Of a stretch of 64,000 nucleotides of DNA, positions 9,508 through 22,033 are shown piece after piece. Position numbers and translations under genes: made by a program. Source of the DNA: an uncultured Gaiellaceae bacterium (GTDB lineage Bacteria; Actinomycetota; Thermoleophilia; Gaiellales; Gaiellaceae); the NCBI GenBank assembly GCA_963754175.1, contig CAVWES010000028.1, positions 18,701-82,700 on the forward strand, read 5' to 3'. Below the pieces are notes generated by a model, which worked only from the letters and a program-made list of their open reading frames with translations, was not told the DNA's origin and did not search any database. How positions within the stretch are numbered: the first letter of the stretch is position 1; the number at the start of each line of letters is the position of its first letter.

Positions 9508-12078
9508 ATGCGGGCGGACCAGGTCATCGCCACCCACGGGAACACCGACTTCGACGCCTTCGGAGCGATGCTCGCCGCGCGCCTCCTGTATCCGGACGCC
9601 GTCGTCGCGCTCGCCACGCTGAACCGGAACGTCCGCGACTTCTACCGCCTGCACGCAGACGAGCTCGGAGCCGTGTCCGAGACGAGCCGTCTCGAGCTCG
9701 ACGCGATCCGTCGGCTGATCGTCGTCGAGGTCACGACCGCCTCGCGCCTCGGCGAGCTGGAGAGCGTCGCGCTGGATCCCATGGTCGAGACCGTGCTCTT
9801 CGACCACCACGGCGAGCACGGCCCGCCCGACTGGGTGTCGCCCGAAACCGCGGTGATCTCGACCGACGGTGCGTTGACCACGACGCTCGTCGGCATCCTC
9901 GCCGAGCGCGAGCTGCAGCCGACGCCGCTCGAGGCGACCGCCTTCGCGCTCGGCATCCACGAGGACACCGGCTCGCTGACGTACGCGACGACGACCCAGC
10001 GCGACGTCGACGCGCTCGCCTGGTGCCTGCGCCACGGAGCGCGCCAGGACCTCGTCACGCGAGTACCTCCATACGCCGCTCGCCGCAGGCGAGCGCGAGC
10101 TCCTCACCCACCTCATGGAGCGGCTCGAGCCGGTCGCGGCGGACGACGTCCTCATCGCAGCCGTCCGCTGGCCCGAGTACGTCGACGGCAGTCTCGAACC
10201 TCGCGCACAAGATCGTGGATCTCACCGACGCGCGTGTGCTCGTGCTCCTCGTGGAGATGGACGAGCGGGTCTTCGTCGTCGTCCGGAGTCGCTCCGAAGC
10301 GGTCGACGCGGCATTCGTCGCGGGCGCGTTCGGCGGTGGCGGCCACGCGGGTGCGGCCTCGGCGATCTCCCGACTCGATCTCGACGCGGCTCGCGAGCGA
10401 GCGCTCGCCGCCATCTCGGACGCGCGCACCGGCGTCCGCCTCGCGCGCGACGTCATGTCCGCGCCCGCGAGGTCACTCGGGCCGGACGCGAGCGTTCGCG
10501 AGGCGATGACGCTCTGTCAGCGCCACGGCCAGAGCGGTGTCTTCGTCGTCGAGGACGGACGGCTGGTGGGAGGCGTGAGCCGTGAGGACCTCGACAAGGC
10601 GGTCGGTCACGCGCTCGCGCATGCTCCCGTGCGCGGAATCATGAGCAGCCACGTCGTGAGCGCCGGCGAGGACGCGACGCTGCAGGAGCTTCGTGCGCTC
10701 GTCACCTCCGCGGAGGACGGCCGCGTCGCGGTGCTCCGCGACGAGGAGCTCGTCGGAGTCGTGAGCAGGGCCGATCTCCTGCGAGCGCTCGAAGGGCCCG
10801 TCGGCGCAGCCTTCGGAGCCCGCTGCGACGATCGCGGAGGAGTTGCAGCAGACCGCTCGGCTCCGCGAGATCGTCGAGGCCGTCGCCGCCCTGGGCGAGC
10901 GCGCCGCCGGCGTCTACCTCGTCGGCGGAACCGTCCGCGACATCCTCCTCGGAGAGCAGAGCTTCGACGTCGACATCGCGGTCGAGGGCGATGCCATCGC
11001 CTTCGCGTACGCGCTCGCGCGGGCGCTGCGCGGGCGGGCGACGCCCCACCAGAAGTTCGGGACCGCGATCGTCTCCTACGGCGACGACGAGCGCATCGAC
11101 GTCGTGACCACGCGCACCGAGTTCTACGACGCGCCCGGCGCGTTGCCGACGGTCGAGCGCGCAGGGCTGCGCGAGGATCTCTTCCGGCGGGACTTCACCA
11201 TCAACGCGATGGCGGCGTCGCTGACGGCGAGCGACCTCGGGCGCCTCGTCGATCCCTTCGGAGGGCGCGCCGATCTCGAGGCCCGCGTCCTGCGCGTTCT
11301 CCACAACCTCTCGTTCATCGACGATCCGACGCGCATCTTCCGCGGCATCCGCTACGAGGCGCGGTACGGCTTCCGTTTCGACGAGCACTCGGCACGGCTC
11401 GTGCGGGCGTGCATCGAGATGGGCCTCGTCGGCGATCTCTCGTCCGCGCGCCTGCGAGACGAGCTCGTGGCGCTGCTCGAGGACCCGGGAGCGGTGGAGG
11501 GCATCCGGCGCCTCGGCGCTCTCGGCGCCGATCGCGCGATCCATCCGCACCTGCGTGGCGACGACGTCGCGGCCGGCCTCTTCGCGCGTGCCGTCGCCCT
11601 CCGCGACGAGCTCGGCGTCGACGTGCCGACCTGGCGGATCGGGATCGCCGCCCTCGCGCACGAGCTCACCTCGGACGAGGCGTACGACTGGCTCGAGCGG
11701 CTGAAGGTGCGGCGACGAGACGTCGAGCGCATCGTCGGCGCGGTCACCGTCGCACCGCGGATCGTCGAACGGCTCCGCGCGGAGGAGCTCGACCCGTCTC
11801 AGGTCGTCGCCATCGCGGATGCCTTCGCGCCCGACGCGCCGCTGCTCGCGCTCGCGCGAGAGGATCGGCCCGAGCTCCGCGACTACTTCCTGCGCCTGCG
11901 TGAGGTCAGGCTCGAGATCGGCGGTGCCGATCTCATCGCGATGGGGATCGCCGAGTCACCCCGGATCGGCGACATCCTCGGCGAGCTCCGCAGACGGAAG
12001 CTGAACGGCGAGCTCGCCGGGCGTGACGCGGAGCTCGCAGCCGCGCGAGAGCTCGTCTCCGCCACGGCACCGGCATGA
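9508..12078 (+). CDS. DHH/DHHA1 - CBS pair - poly(A) polymerase/tRNA nucleotidyltransferase (CCA-adding type) fusion protein (at least 3 frame switches)
   Basis: MRADQVIATHGNTDFDAFGAMLAARLLYP...FDHHGE... (DHH). ...VRLARDVMSAPARSLGPDASVREAM...GIMSSHVVSAGEDATL (CBS pair). ORF 10843..12078 contains ...VYLVGGTVRDILLGEQSFDVDIAVEG...RRDFTINAMA...DDPTRIFRGIRY (NTase head). Confidence 0.8.
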
Positions 12079-12687
12079 CGATCGCGGCCGCCGACGTGAT
12101 CGCCGAGCGCTATGCGCGCGTGCGCGAGGACGTCGGCCCCGGCGTGACCGTCGTCGTGGCGACGAAGTACGTCTCCGCCGAGCAGATGTCGGCGCTCGCG
12201 GATGCAGGCGTCGAGGTGGTGGGGGAGAACCGCGCGCAGGACCTCGAGCAGAAGCATGCGCTGTACGGCGACGCCTTCCGCTGGCACTTCATCGGGCACC
12301 TGCAGTCGAACAAGGTGAAGGTCGTGAACGCGCTGTGCGAGCTGGTCCACTCGCTCGAGCTCCGACTCGGCGGCGAGGCGGCTCACCGTTCCGGCGCTCC
12401 TCGAGGTGAACCTCTCGGGCGAAGCATCGAAGTCGGGCGTCTCCCCGGACGAGGTCGGAGACCTCGTCGCGCGCTACCCGCTCATCCGCGGGCTCATGAC
12501 GATGCCGCCGCTCGCAACCGACCCGGAGTCGTCCCGGCCGACGTTTCGCCGGCTGCGTGAGCTCGCGGCCGAGCACGGCCTCCCCGAGCTGAGCATGGGC
12601 ACGTCACAGGACTACCGCGTCGCGGCGGAGGAAGGCGCGACGCTCGTGAGGGTCGGCGCGACCATCTTCGCGCCCGAGCGGGGCTAA
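12075..12687 (+). CDS. yggS: YggS family pyridoxal-phosphate homeostasis protein (1 frame switch near 12355)
   Basis: ORFs 12075..12560 and 12406..12687: ...VTVVVATKYVSAEQM...WHFIGHLQSNKVK... and ...VNLSGEASKSGV...IRGLMTMPP...LSMGTSQDYRVAAEEGATLVRVG. Confidence 0.85.
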
Positions 12688-12699
12688 TATCCCGCGGTC

Positions 12700-13221
12700 A
12701 TGGGGTTCAGCGACCTCTGGAGCCGTACGCTCGTCTACTTCGGGATCGCCGAGGAGGAGGAGTGGGACGACGACGGCATGCAGACGAACGAGCAGCTCGA
12801 GGAGAGCTATCGCCGCCGCGACCGCCAGAACGTCCGCCGGCTGCCGAGCTCGGCCGACGGGGACGAATGGGAGTCCGAGGACGCCGCGCCTCCGCGCCGG
12901 GAGCGCTCGTCACGGTTGCGCAGCGTCTCCGCTCCCGCACCGGCGAAGGTGCACCTCGTCGCACCGCGGGCGTTCAACGACGCGAAGCAGATCGCCGACC
13001 GCTTCAAGGCCCAGATCCCGGTGATCATCAATCTCCAGAGCGCCGACACCGAGCTCTCGAAGCGGCTGATCGACTTCGCGAGCGGCCTCACCTACGCGCT
13101 CGACGGGAGCATGCAGCGCGTCGCCGACAAGGTCTTCCTGCTCACGCCGCGCGACGTCGAGCTCTCGGCCGAGGAACGTGCGCGGGCGATCGAGCGCGGC
13201 GGGTTCTACAACCAGGCGTAG
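12700..13221 (+). CDS. sepF: Cell division protein SepF
   Basis: Intact ORF: MGFSDLWSRTLVYFGIAEEEE...VHLVAPRAFNDAKQIADRFKAQIPVIINLQSADTELSKRLIDFASGLTYALDGSMQRVADKVFLLTP. Confidence 0.9.
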   Translation: MGFSDLWSRTLVYFGIAEEEEWDDDGMQTNEQLEESYRRRDRQNVRRLPSSADGDEWESEDAAPPRRERSSRLRSVSAPAPAKVHLVAPRAFNDAKQIADRFKAQIPVIINLQSADTELSKRLIDFASGLTYALDGSMQRVADKVFLLTPRDVELSAEERARAIERGGFYNQA

Positions 13222-13315
13222 GCGGCTCGCAGCGCTCGTACACGTCCGAACGCGCGACCAGGACGTCGGACGCTCGAAGGAACGGCGGCGCGGCTTCGTG
13301 GCGAACACGCGTCCG

Positions 13316-13627
13316 ATGGGCGCGTACGCCACTCTCGGCCTCCTCGCGGACACGGCTTCTGCTCTGCAGAACTTCGTGAACGTGTTCGTCGCCATCTACA
13401 TCCTGTTCATCTTCGCGTACGTGCTGCTTTCCTGGATCCAGCTGCCGTATTCCACTGTGGCCGCAACTCTGCAACGATTCCTGGACGAAGTCTGCCGTCC
13501 GTACCTCGGCCTCTTTCGAGGCCGGATCCCAACCATCGGGCCACTCGATCTCTCCCCGATCGTGGCCGTCATCGTCCTGCTCGTTGCGGCCGAGCTCGCA
13601 AACGCCCTGATCGGGGCTCTGCTGTAG
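13316..13627 (+). CDS. YggT family membrane protein
   Basis: Tail of ORF 13178..13627: ...LQNFVNVFVAIYILFIFAYVLLSWIQLPYS...FLDEVCRPYLGLFRGRIPTIGPLDLSPIVAVIVL. It follows sepF as expected from synteny. Confidence 0.8.
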   Translation: MGAYATLGLLADTASALQNFVNVFVAIYILFIFAYVLLSWIQLPYSTVAATLQRFLDEVCRPYLGLFRGRIPTIGPLDLSPIVAVIVLLVAAELANALIGALL

Positions 13628-13635
13628 GAGGTCAG

Positions 13636-14149
13636 ATGCCGCTCACCCCAGTCGAAATCAGACATGTCGAGCTGAGGCGGGCATGGCTCCGCGGATACCG
13701 CCGCCGCCCGGTCGACCAGCTGCTCGAGGAGATCGCCGACAGCTTCGAGGAGGTGTGGCGCGAGCGCGCCGACCTCTCCGACCGGCTCGAGGAGCTCGAC
13801 GCCGAGGCCGCGAAGCACCGCGAGCTCGAGGCGCTCCTGCGCTCGACGCTCGTGTCCGCGGAGCGCGCCGCGCAGGACATGAAGGAGCAGGCCCGGCGCG
13901 AGTCGGACCTCATCGTCCAGGAGGCCCACGCGGAGTCGCGCCGCGTCACGCGCGAGGCAGCCGCCGAGAAGCGTCGGCTCGAGGAGGACATCGTCAAGAT
14001 CCGCTCGCAGCTTCGCGCGGCGTTCGAGTCGCTCGGGGACGAGTGGCCCGGCAAGCCGGCCGGTCGACGAGGAGGCGAAGACGACGGTCACCCGGCCGAC
14101 ACCGGTGGGCGAGGTCACGGAGGGCGGCATCCGCAAGGTCGCGGGCTGA
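13636..14149 (+). CDS. divIVA: DivIVA domain protein (1 frame switch near 14060)
   Basis: MPLTPVEIRHVELRRAWLRGYRRRPVDQLLEEIADSFEEVWRERADL..., a coiled coil. The tail VDEEAKTTVTRPTPVGEVTEGGIRKVAG ends at TGA 14147-14149 in another frame. Confidence 0.8.
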
Positions 14150-14170
14150 GCCACCGATATCCTTGCGGCC

Positions 14171-14459
14171 GTGAGTGCCCCGCGCTCGAGCTTGCGGCTG
14201 CGTGTCGTTCCGGGTGCCGCCCGGCCCGGAGTCGTCGGGCGCCACGGCGACGCGTGGAAGGTGCGCGTGGCCGCGCCGGCCGAGGCGGGCAAGGCGAACG
14301 CCGCGGTCGTCACGCTGCTCGCCGGTGCGCTCGAGCGTGCCGCGGAGCCGCATCTCGGTCACCTCCGGTCGCTCTTCACGGGACAAGGTGGTGGCGCTGG
14401 AAGGGCTGTCGAGCGACGCCGCAGAGGCGCGCCTGGCGGCAGCGGCGGAGCAGACGTGA
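14171..14459 (+). CDS. DUF167 (YggU-like) protein (1 frame switch)
   Basis: VSAPRSSLRLRVVPGAARPGVVGRHGDAWKVRVAAPAEAGKANAAVVTLLAGAL, then ...PRSRISVTSGRSSRDKVVALEGLS in ORF 14175..14459. Confidence 0.7.
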
Positions 14460-14827
14460 GCGTCGGCCCCGACCTCGAGCACTACCGCCGCGCCCTCGAG
14501 AGCGAGCGCGACCGCCTGCAGCACGCCGCCCGGGCCGTGCACCACGACGGGTCGCTGCTCGAGGAGACCGGCGACCTCGCGATCGGCTCCGGCGATCACA
14601 TCGCCGACAGCGCCTCCGAGACGTACATGCGCGAGCTCGACGGGGGCCTCGAGGAGAACGCCGAGCACATCCTCGGGGAGATCGAGGCCGCGCTCGGCCG
14701 CATCGACGACGGCACGTACGGCCGCTGCACCGCGTGCGGCCGCCAGATCGACGAGGAGCGGCTCGAGGCCGTCCCGTACGCGACGCTGTGCATCGACGAC
14801 AAGCGCGCGCTGGAGAGCGGGCCATGA
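14456..14827 (+). CDS. DksA/TraR-type zinc-finger protein
   Basis: Second half of ORF 14171..14827: [21 protein letters not shown]...IEAALGRIDDGTYGRCTACGRQIDEERLEAVPYATLCIDD. The GTG overlaps the DUF167 stop. Confidence 0.75.
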   Translation: MSVGPDLEHYRRALESERDRLQHAARAVHHDGSLLEETGDLAIGSGDHIADSASETYMRELDGGLEENAEHILGEIEAALGRIDDGTYGRCTACGRQIDEERLEAVPYATLCIDDKRALESGP

Positions 14828-15427
14828 GCGAGCCCGCACGCTCCGACGCCTCCACGGTCGACGTCCGGATCGGATCGACCGCGAACGCCCTGCAGCCGGT
14901 CTCGTCGGCCGAGCGCTCGCTCGGCGCCGGGAGAGCGCAGTGGGTCATTCTCATCGCTCGTCGCGGGAGCGGCGATCGTCGCCGACCAGCTCACGAAGCA
15001 GGTCGTCGGGCGGACGCTCGAGCTCGGCGACAGCGTCGACATCGTCGGGCCGTTCTCGATCCATCACGTCCAGAACTCCGGCATCGCGTTCGGGCTCTTC
15101 GGGAGCCGGACGTCCATCGTCATCGCCGTCACGGCTATCGCCGTCGGCGCGATGCTCGTGTTCTTCGCGCGCTCGGGCCGCCGGCATCCCGTGCTCCCCG
15201 TCGCGCTCGGTCTCGTGCTCGGCGGGAGCATCGCGAACCTCATCGACCGCGTTCGCCTCGGCCATGTCACGGACTTCCTCGACCTCGTCGCCTGGCCGGC
15301 GTTCAACCTCGCCGACACCTTCATCGTCGTGGGCGTGGCCATCCTGTTCGGCGCGCTCGTGCTCGCCGACCGGCCGCACCGGATGCACGGATCGCGCGAT
15401 GGCGACGCTTCGTTTCAGCGTCGCTGA
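14824..15427 (+). CDS. lspA: Lipoprotein signal peptidase II (1 frame switch near 14955)
   Basis: My translation gives ...AAIVADQLTKQVVGRTLELGDSVDIVGPFSIHHVQNSGIAFGLF... ORF 15152..15427 contains ...GGSIANLIDRVRLGHVTDFLDLVAWPAFNLADTFIVVG. The ATG at 14824 overlaps the upstream stop. Confidence 0.8.
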
Positions 15428-16313
15428 GACCGAGGCGGGATCGCGCCTCGACCGCGCGCTCGCCGGGCGGCCGGAGATCGAGACGCGCTCGCTCGCCGAG
15501 CGGCTGGTGACGGACGGCGCCGTGACCGTCGACGGTGCGGTTCGGCCGAAGAGCCATCGCCTCGAGGCGGGCTCGGTCGTCGAGGTCGAGCTTCCCGCTG
15601 CGGCTCGCGGGCTGGAGGCCGAGCCGGTCACCGTCCGGGTGGCGTACGAGGACGAGCACCTCGTCGTCGTCGACAAGCCCGCAGGCATGACCGTCCACGC
15701 CGGCGCCGGGACGTCGACGGGAACGCTCGCCGCGCAGCTCCTCGGCCTGGGGGCTGCCGGCGGCGACGATCCCGAGCGTCCCGGGATCGTCCACCGACTC
15801 GACCGCGACACGTCGGGTCTCCTCGTCGTCGCCCGCTCGGAGGCAGCGTTCGCCGCGCTTCAGGAGGCGATACGCCGGCGAGAGGTCGAGCGCCGGTACC
15901 TCGCGCTCGTTCGAGGGCGGCCGCGCTCGCGCACCGGACGCATCGACGCCGCCATCGGGCGCGATCGCCGCGATCCGACGAGACGTTCGCTCGACACGGA
16001 CGAGCCGCGCGAAGCGGTGACCTGGTTCGAGGTCGTCGGAGACGCTTCCCGAGCACGCCCTCCTCGACGTTCGGCTCGAGACCGGCCGGACGCACCAGAT
16101 CCGCGTCCACCTGGCAGCAATCGACCTTCCGGTCGCCGGCGACCCGACCTACGGCGTCGAAGGGCGACCTCGGCCTGGAGCGGCAGTTCCTGCACGCGCA
16201 CCGGCTGCGCTTCGCCCATCCCGTCACGGAGGCTGACGTCGACGTCGAGTCGGCGCTGCCGGACGACCTCGAGAGGGCCCTCGAGCGCGCTCGTACGGCA
16301 CCCCGGCAGCTAG
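15409..16313 (+). CDS. rluD: RluA/RluD-family 23S rRNA pseudouridine synthase (at least 2 frame switches; 3' end uncertain)
   Basis: Within ORF 14940..16313: [21 protein letters not shown]...[15 protein letters not shown]...[17 protein letters not shown]. The rest (...[31 protein letters not shown]...[16 protein letters not shown]) is in other frames. Confidence 0.8.
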
Positions 16314-16439
16314 ACTCACCGGCGGTTTTCGTCCCTTCGACCCGGCGATCAGCCGTGGCGGGGGTGCCGTCGCCCTGTGCGCGGTTCCGCCCGGCCCGTC
16401 GGTGGAACACCTTCAACCAACCGGAAAGGGGCTGATCGC

Positions 16440-17261
16440 GTGTCAGTCGTCACGATGCGAGAGCTGCTGGAGGCCGGCGTCCACTTCGGCCACCAGACGC
16501 GTCGCTGGAACCCCAAGATGCGCCGCTACATCTTCGGCGAGCGCGGGGGCATCTACCTCATCGACCTCACGAAGACGCAGGAGCTGCTCGAGGAGGCCCA
16601 CGAGTTCGCGCGCAACATCGCCGAGCGCAACGGGACGATCCTCTTCGTCGGCACGAAGAAGCAGGCGCAGAACGCCGTTCAGGAGCACGCGACGCGGGTC
16701 GGGATGCCGTACGTGAACCACCGCTGGCTCGGCGGCCTGCTCACGAACTGGCGCACGATCTCCGAGCGCATCGCGTACCTCCACGACCTGCGCCGTCTGA
16801 AGGCCGACGGCCAGCTCGAGCTGCTGCCGTCGAAGGAGCGGATCGGGATGGAGGCCGACCTCGAGAAGCTCGAGGCGAACCTGGGCGGCGTCGCCGACAT
16901 GAAGCGCCAGCCCGACGCCGTGTTCGTCATCGACCTGAAGAAGGAGCTGCTCGCCGTGCGCGAGACGCATCGCCTCGGCGTTCCCGTGATCGGCCTCGTC
17001 GACACGAACGCCGATCCCGACGAGGCGGAGTTCGTGATCCCGGGCAACGACGACGCGATTCGGTCCTGCGATCTCGTGACCCGCGTCGTCGCGGACGGCA
17101 TCGCGGCCGGGCGGACGAAGGTCACCGCAGCGGAGATGGCGACGCCCGCCGCACCTGCAGCAGCGGAGGAGCCCGCAGTCGACGAGGCACCGGACGAGCC
17201 GCGAGCCCGCCGCGGAGCCCGAGCTCGAGCCGGCGGCCGTCGCCGAGGGAGGTGAGCCCGA

Positions 17262-17265
<4 letters not shown>
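16440..17265 (+). CDS. rpsB: 30S ribosomal protein S2 (probable frame switch in the acidic tail)
   Basis: VSVVTMRELLEAGVHFGHQTRRWNPKMRRYIFGERGGIYLIDL... A GGAAAGGGG Shine-Dalgarno sequence lies upstream of the GTG at 16440. The GC3-rich alternative tail EPAAEPELEPAAVAEGGEPE ends at a TGA overlapping the tsf ATG. The ORF-track stop is at 17255. Confidence 0.9.
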
Positions 17266-18833
<1,568 letters not shown>

Positions 18834-18843
18834 AGGAGGGCGC

Positions 18844-19407
18844 ATGGCTGCGATCGAGGACTTCCTCGCGGACGCGAAGAGACGCATGGACAAGTCGATC
18901 GAGGCGACGCACCACGAGTTCAACTCGATCCGCACCGGCCGCGCGTCCCCGGCGCTCCTCGACCGCATCACGATCGACTACTACGGCACGCCGACGCCCC
19001 TCAAGAGCCTCGCCTCGATCTCCGCTCCCGAGCCGCGGCTGCTCGTCGTGCAGCCGTTCGACCCGGGCGCGATCAAGGGCATCGAGCGGGCGGTCCAGGA
19101 GTCGGATCTCGGCCTGACGCCGTCGAACGACGGGAAGGTCGTGCGGCTCCCGATCCCGGCTCTGACCGAGGAGCGGCGCAAGGATCTCGTGAAGGTCGTC
19201 CGTCGGGTCGCCGAGGAGGGCAAGGTCGCGATTCGCAACGTGCGGCGGGACGTCATGCAGCACCTGAAGGAGCTCGTCGTGAACGGCGACGTCGGCGACG
19301 ACGAGGAGCGCCGCGCCGAGCAGCAGGTGCAGAAGATCACCGACGACCACACGAAGTCGATCGACGACCTCTTGAAGGTGAAAGAGGCCGAGATCATGGA
19401 GGTCTGA
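18844..19407 (+). CDS. frr: Ribosome recycling factor
   Basis: Intact ORF: ...FNSIRTGRASPALLDRITIDYYGTPTPLKSLASISAPEPRLLVVQPFD...LTEERRKDLVK. Confidence 0.95.
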   Translation: MAAIEDFLADAKRRMDKSIEATHHEFNSIRTGRASPALLDRITIDYYGTPTPLKSLASISAPEPRLLVVQPFDPGAIKGIERAVQESDLGLTPSNDGKVVRLPIPALTEERRKDLVKVVRRVAEEGKVAIRNVRRDVMQHLKELVVNGDVGDDEERRAEQQVQKITDDHTKSIDDLLKVKEAEIMEV

Positions 19408-20112
19408 CGCTGCCGGACGAGGCAGGAGCGGCAGCGCGAAGCGTCGCGATCATCATGGACGGGAACGGGCGCTGGGCTGCGGCGCGCGGCCTCCCCGTCG
19501 AGGAGGGCCACCGCGAGGGCGCCCGTGCGCTGCGACGGACGGTCGAAGCCGCGATCGACCTCGGGATCGAGTCGCTCGCCGTGTACGCGTTCTCGACGGA
19601 GAACTGGGCGCGTCCGCCCGACGAGGTCGAGTCGATCATCGAGCTGATGGACGAGACGATCGACCGCGAGCTGCCCGACCTGGCGAAGCAGGGCGTGCGC
19701 ACGCGTTTCTTCGGCCGCCGCGATCGCATCCCCGTCGAGCTGCAGGAGAAGATGGCGCGCCTCGAAGCGGAGACCGCGCACCTCGAACGGCTCCAGCTCT
19801 GGATCGCGTTCGACTACGGGGGCCGCGCGGAGCTCGTCGAGGCGGCGCGCCGAGCTCGTCGTGGAGGGGGTCGGACCCCAGGACGTGTCCGAGGAGGCCA
19901 TGGCCGCCCGGCTGTATGCACCCGAGCTCCGTGATCCCGATCTCGTGATCCGCACGTCCGGGGAGCAGCGCATCTCGAACTTCCTGCTGTGGCAGTCGGC
20001 GTACGCGGAGCTCGTCTTCGACGACACGCTCTGGCCCGACTTCGGAGGGGAGCGGCTCCAGGCAGCGGTGGACGAGTATGCGCAGCGCGGCCGTCGCTTC
20101 GGAGCCAGATGA
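19404..20112 (+). CDS. uppS: Undecaprenyl-diphosphate synthase (start codon uncertain; 1 frame switch near 19850)
   Basis: ...[31 protein letters not shown]...[18 protein letters not shown]... in ORF 19455..19934. ...[26 protein letters not shown]... is in ORF 19861..20112. Confidence 0.85.
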
Positions 20113-20912
20113 GCCCGTTGCTCTCTCGAGTCCTCGTCGTCGTCGTTCTGCTCCCGCTCGTCATCGGCCTCGTCTACCTGGGCGGCTGGTGGCTCTTCGG
20201 GCTCGCCCTCGCCGGCGGCCTGCTCGCGCTCCACGAGCTCTACGTCATGGCGCGCGACCTCCGCCCGCTCGTCCTGGGCGGCTACCTCGGCTTCGTCGCC
20301 ACGCTCCTCGGCCTGCAGCTCGGGGGGCTCGAGTGGATGCTCGGCGGCCTGCTCGTGACGTTCGTGTTCGCGTTCGTCGTCTACGGGCTCGGGGGCGTGA
20401 GGCAGTCGGCGACGTCGTCGTTCGGAGTGACGCTCCTCGGGGTCGTGTGGGTGGGAGCCGGCCTCGGCTGTCTCCTCCTCATCCGCGACATCCCGGACTT
20501 CGGCTTCTGGGCCGTCATGGCGGTGCTGTTCACGGTCTTCGCGGCCGACACGGGAGCGTTCTTCGTCGGACGCACGTTCGGACGTCATCGCCTCGCACCG
20601 GCGATCTCGCCCGCGAAGTCGTGGGAGGGCTTCGTCGGAGGCGTGGTCGCGGCGGTCGGGATGGCCTTCGTGATCCTCTACAAGGATCGCGACGACTTCC
20701 TCTCGATCCCGCAATCGTTGGTGCTCGGCCTCGTGATCGCGTTCGCAGCGGTGCTCGGCGACCTGTTCGAGTCGGCGATCAAGCGCGATCTCGAGGTGAA
20801 GGACTCGGGGCGCGTCCTCGGCGGGCACGGGGGCGTGCTGGACCGCCTCGATTCGTTGCTCTGGGCGGGGCCGGCTGCCTACTTCACGATCCTCGCGTTC
20901 GGGAACGCGTAG
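20109..20912 (+). CDS. cdsA: Phosphatidate cytidylyltransferase
   Basis: [26 protein letters not shown]...[35 protein letters not shown]...[28 protein letters not shown]. The ATG overlaps the uppS stop. Confidence 0.9.
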   Translation: MSPLLSRVLVVVVLLPLVIGLVYLGGWWLFGLALAGGLLALHELYVMARDLRPLVLGGYLGFVATLLGLQLGGLEWMLGGLLVTFVFAFVVYGLGGVRQSATSSFGVTLLGVVWVGAGLGCLLLIRDIPDFGFWAVMAVLFTVFAADTGAFFVGRTFGRHRLAPAISPAKSWEGFVGGVVAAVGMAFVILYKDRDDFLSIPQSLVLGLVIAFAAVLGDLFESAIKRDLEVKDSGRVLGGHGGVLDRLDSLLWAGPAAYFTILAFGNA

Positions 20913-20947
20913 CGGTGCCTGAACACGGCCGGAGCTAGCCTTCGCGC

Positions 20948-22033
20948 GTGCGCGAGAGACGAATCGCCCTGCTCGGGGCGACGGGATCCATCGGGCGGCA
21001 GGCGCTCGAGGTCATCGCCGCGAACCCCGAGCTCGCGGTGTGCGCGCTCGCATCGGGATCGCAGCCGCTCGACGAGCTCGCCGTCGGAGCTCGGCGTCGA
21101 GCACGTCCAGGTCGGCGGCGACCTCACGGACGTCCTCGAGGCGGCGCAGCCCGATCTCGTGCTGAACGCCGTCGTCGGCTTCGCCGGCGTCGGGGCGACG
21201 CTCTGGGCGCTCGAGCACGGAGTCACGCTCGCCCTCGCGAACAAGGAGAGCCTCGTCGCGGCCGGCGATCTCGCACTCGGCGGCGTGGAGAGCGGGGGGA
21301 GGGGTGCTCCTGCCGGTCGACAGCGAGCACTCCGCACTCTTCCAGTGCCTCGACGGGCACGCGGCGAACACCGTCGACTCGGTGGTGCTCACCGCGTCGG
21401 GCGGGCCGTTCAGAAACCATTCGCGCGAGGAGCTCGAATCAGTGAGCGTGGAGGACGCGCTCGCGCATCCGACGTGGTCCATGGGGCCGAAGATCACGAT
21501 CGACTCCGCGACGCTCGCGAACAAGGGCCTCGAGCTGATCGAGGCGCACTACCTCTTCGGCCTCGACTACGACGCGATCGAGGTCGTCGTACATCCGACC
21601 TCGGTCGTGCACGCGATCGTCCGCTTCCGCGACGGGGCCTCGCTCGCGCACCTCGGGTACCCGGACATGCGCGTTCCGATCTCGTTCGCGCTCACGCATC
21701 CCGAGCGGCGCGCGACGCCGGTGCCCGGCCTCGACTTCTCCGCAGGCCTCCAGCTCGAGTTCGAGCCACCGGACCTCGAGCGATTCCCGCTCCTCGGGCT
21801 TGCGCGCGAGGCAGGCGAGCGCGGCGGCACGTATCCGTGCGCGTTCAACGCGGCGAACGAGGTCGCCGTGGCGGCGTTCCTCGACGGTCGCATCGGCTTC
21901 CTCGAGATCTCGACGCTCGTCGAGGACGCGCTCGGCGCGTTCGACGGTGGGCCTGCCGACGGACCTCGAGCAGCTGATCGAGGCCGACATGCAGGCCAGA
22001 CGCCTCGCGCAGGGAAGATTGGCAACGGCATGA
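20948..22033 (+). CDS. dxr: 1-deoxy-D-xylulose-5-phosphate reductoisomerase (about 3 frame switches)
   Basis: [27 protein letters not shown]...; ...[32 protein letters not shown]...; ...[15 protein letters not shown]...LTASGGPFR...[28 protein letters not shown]... The tail ...[20 protein letters not shown] ends at 22033. Confidence 0.9.
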
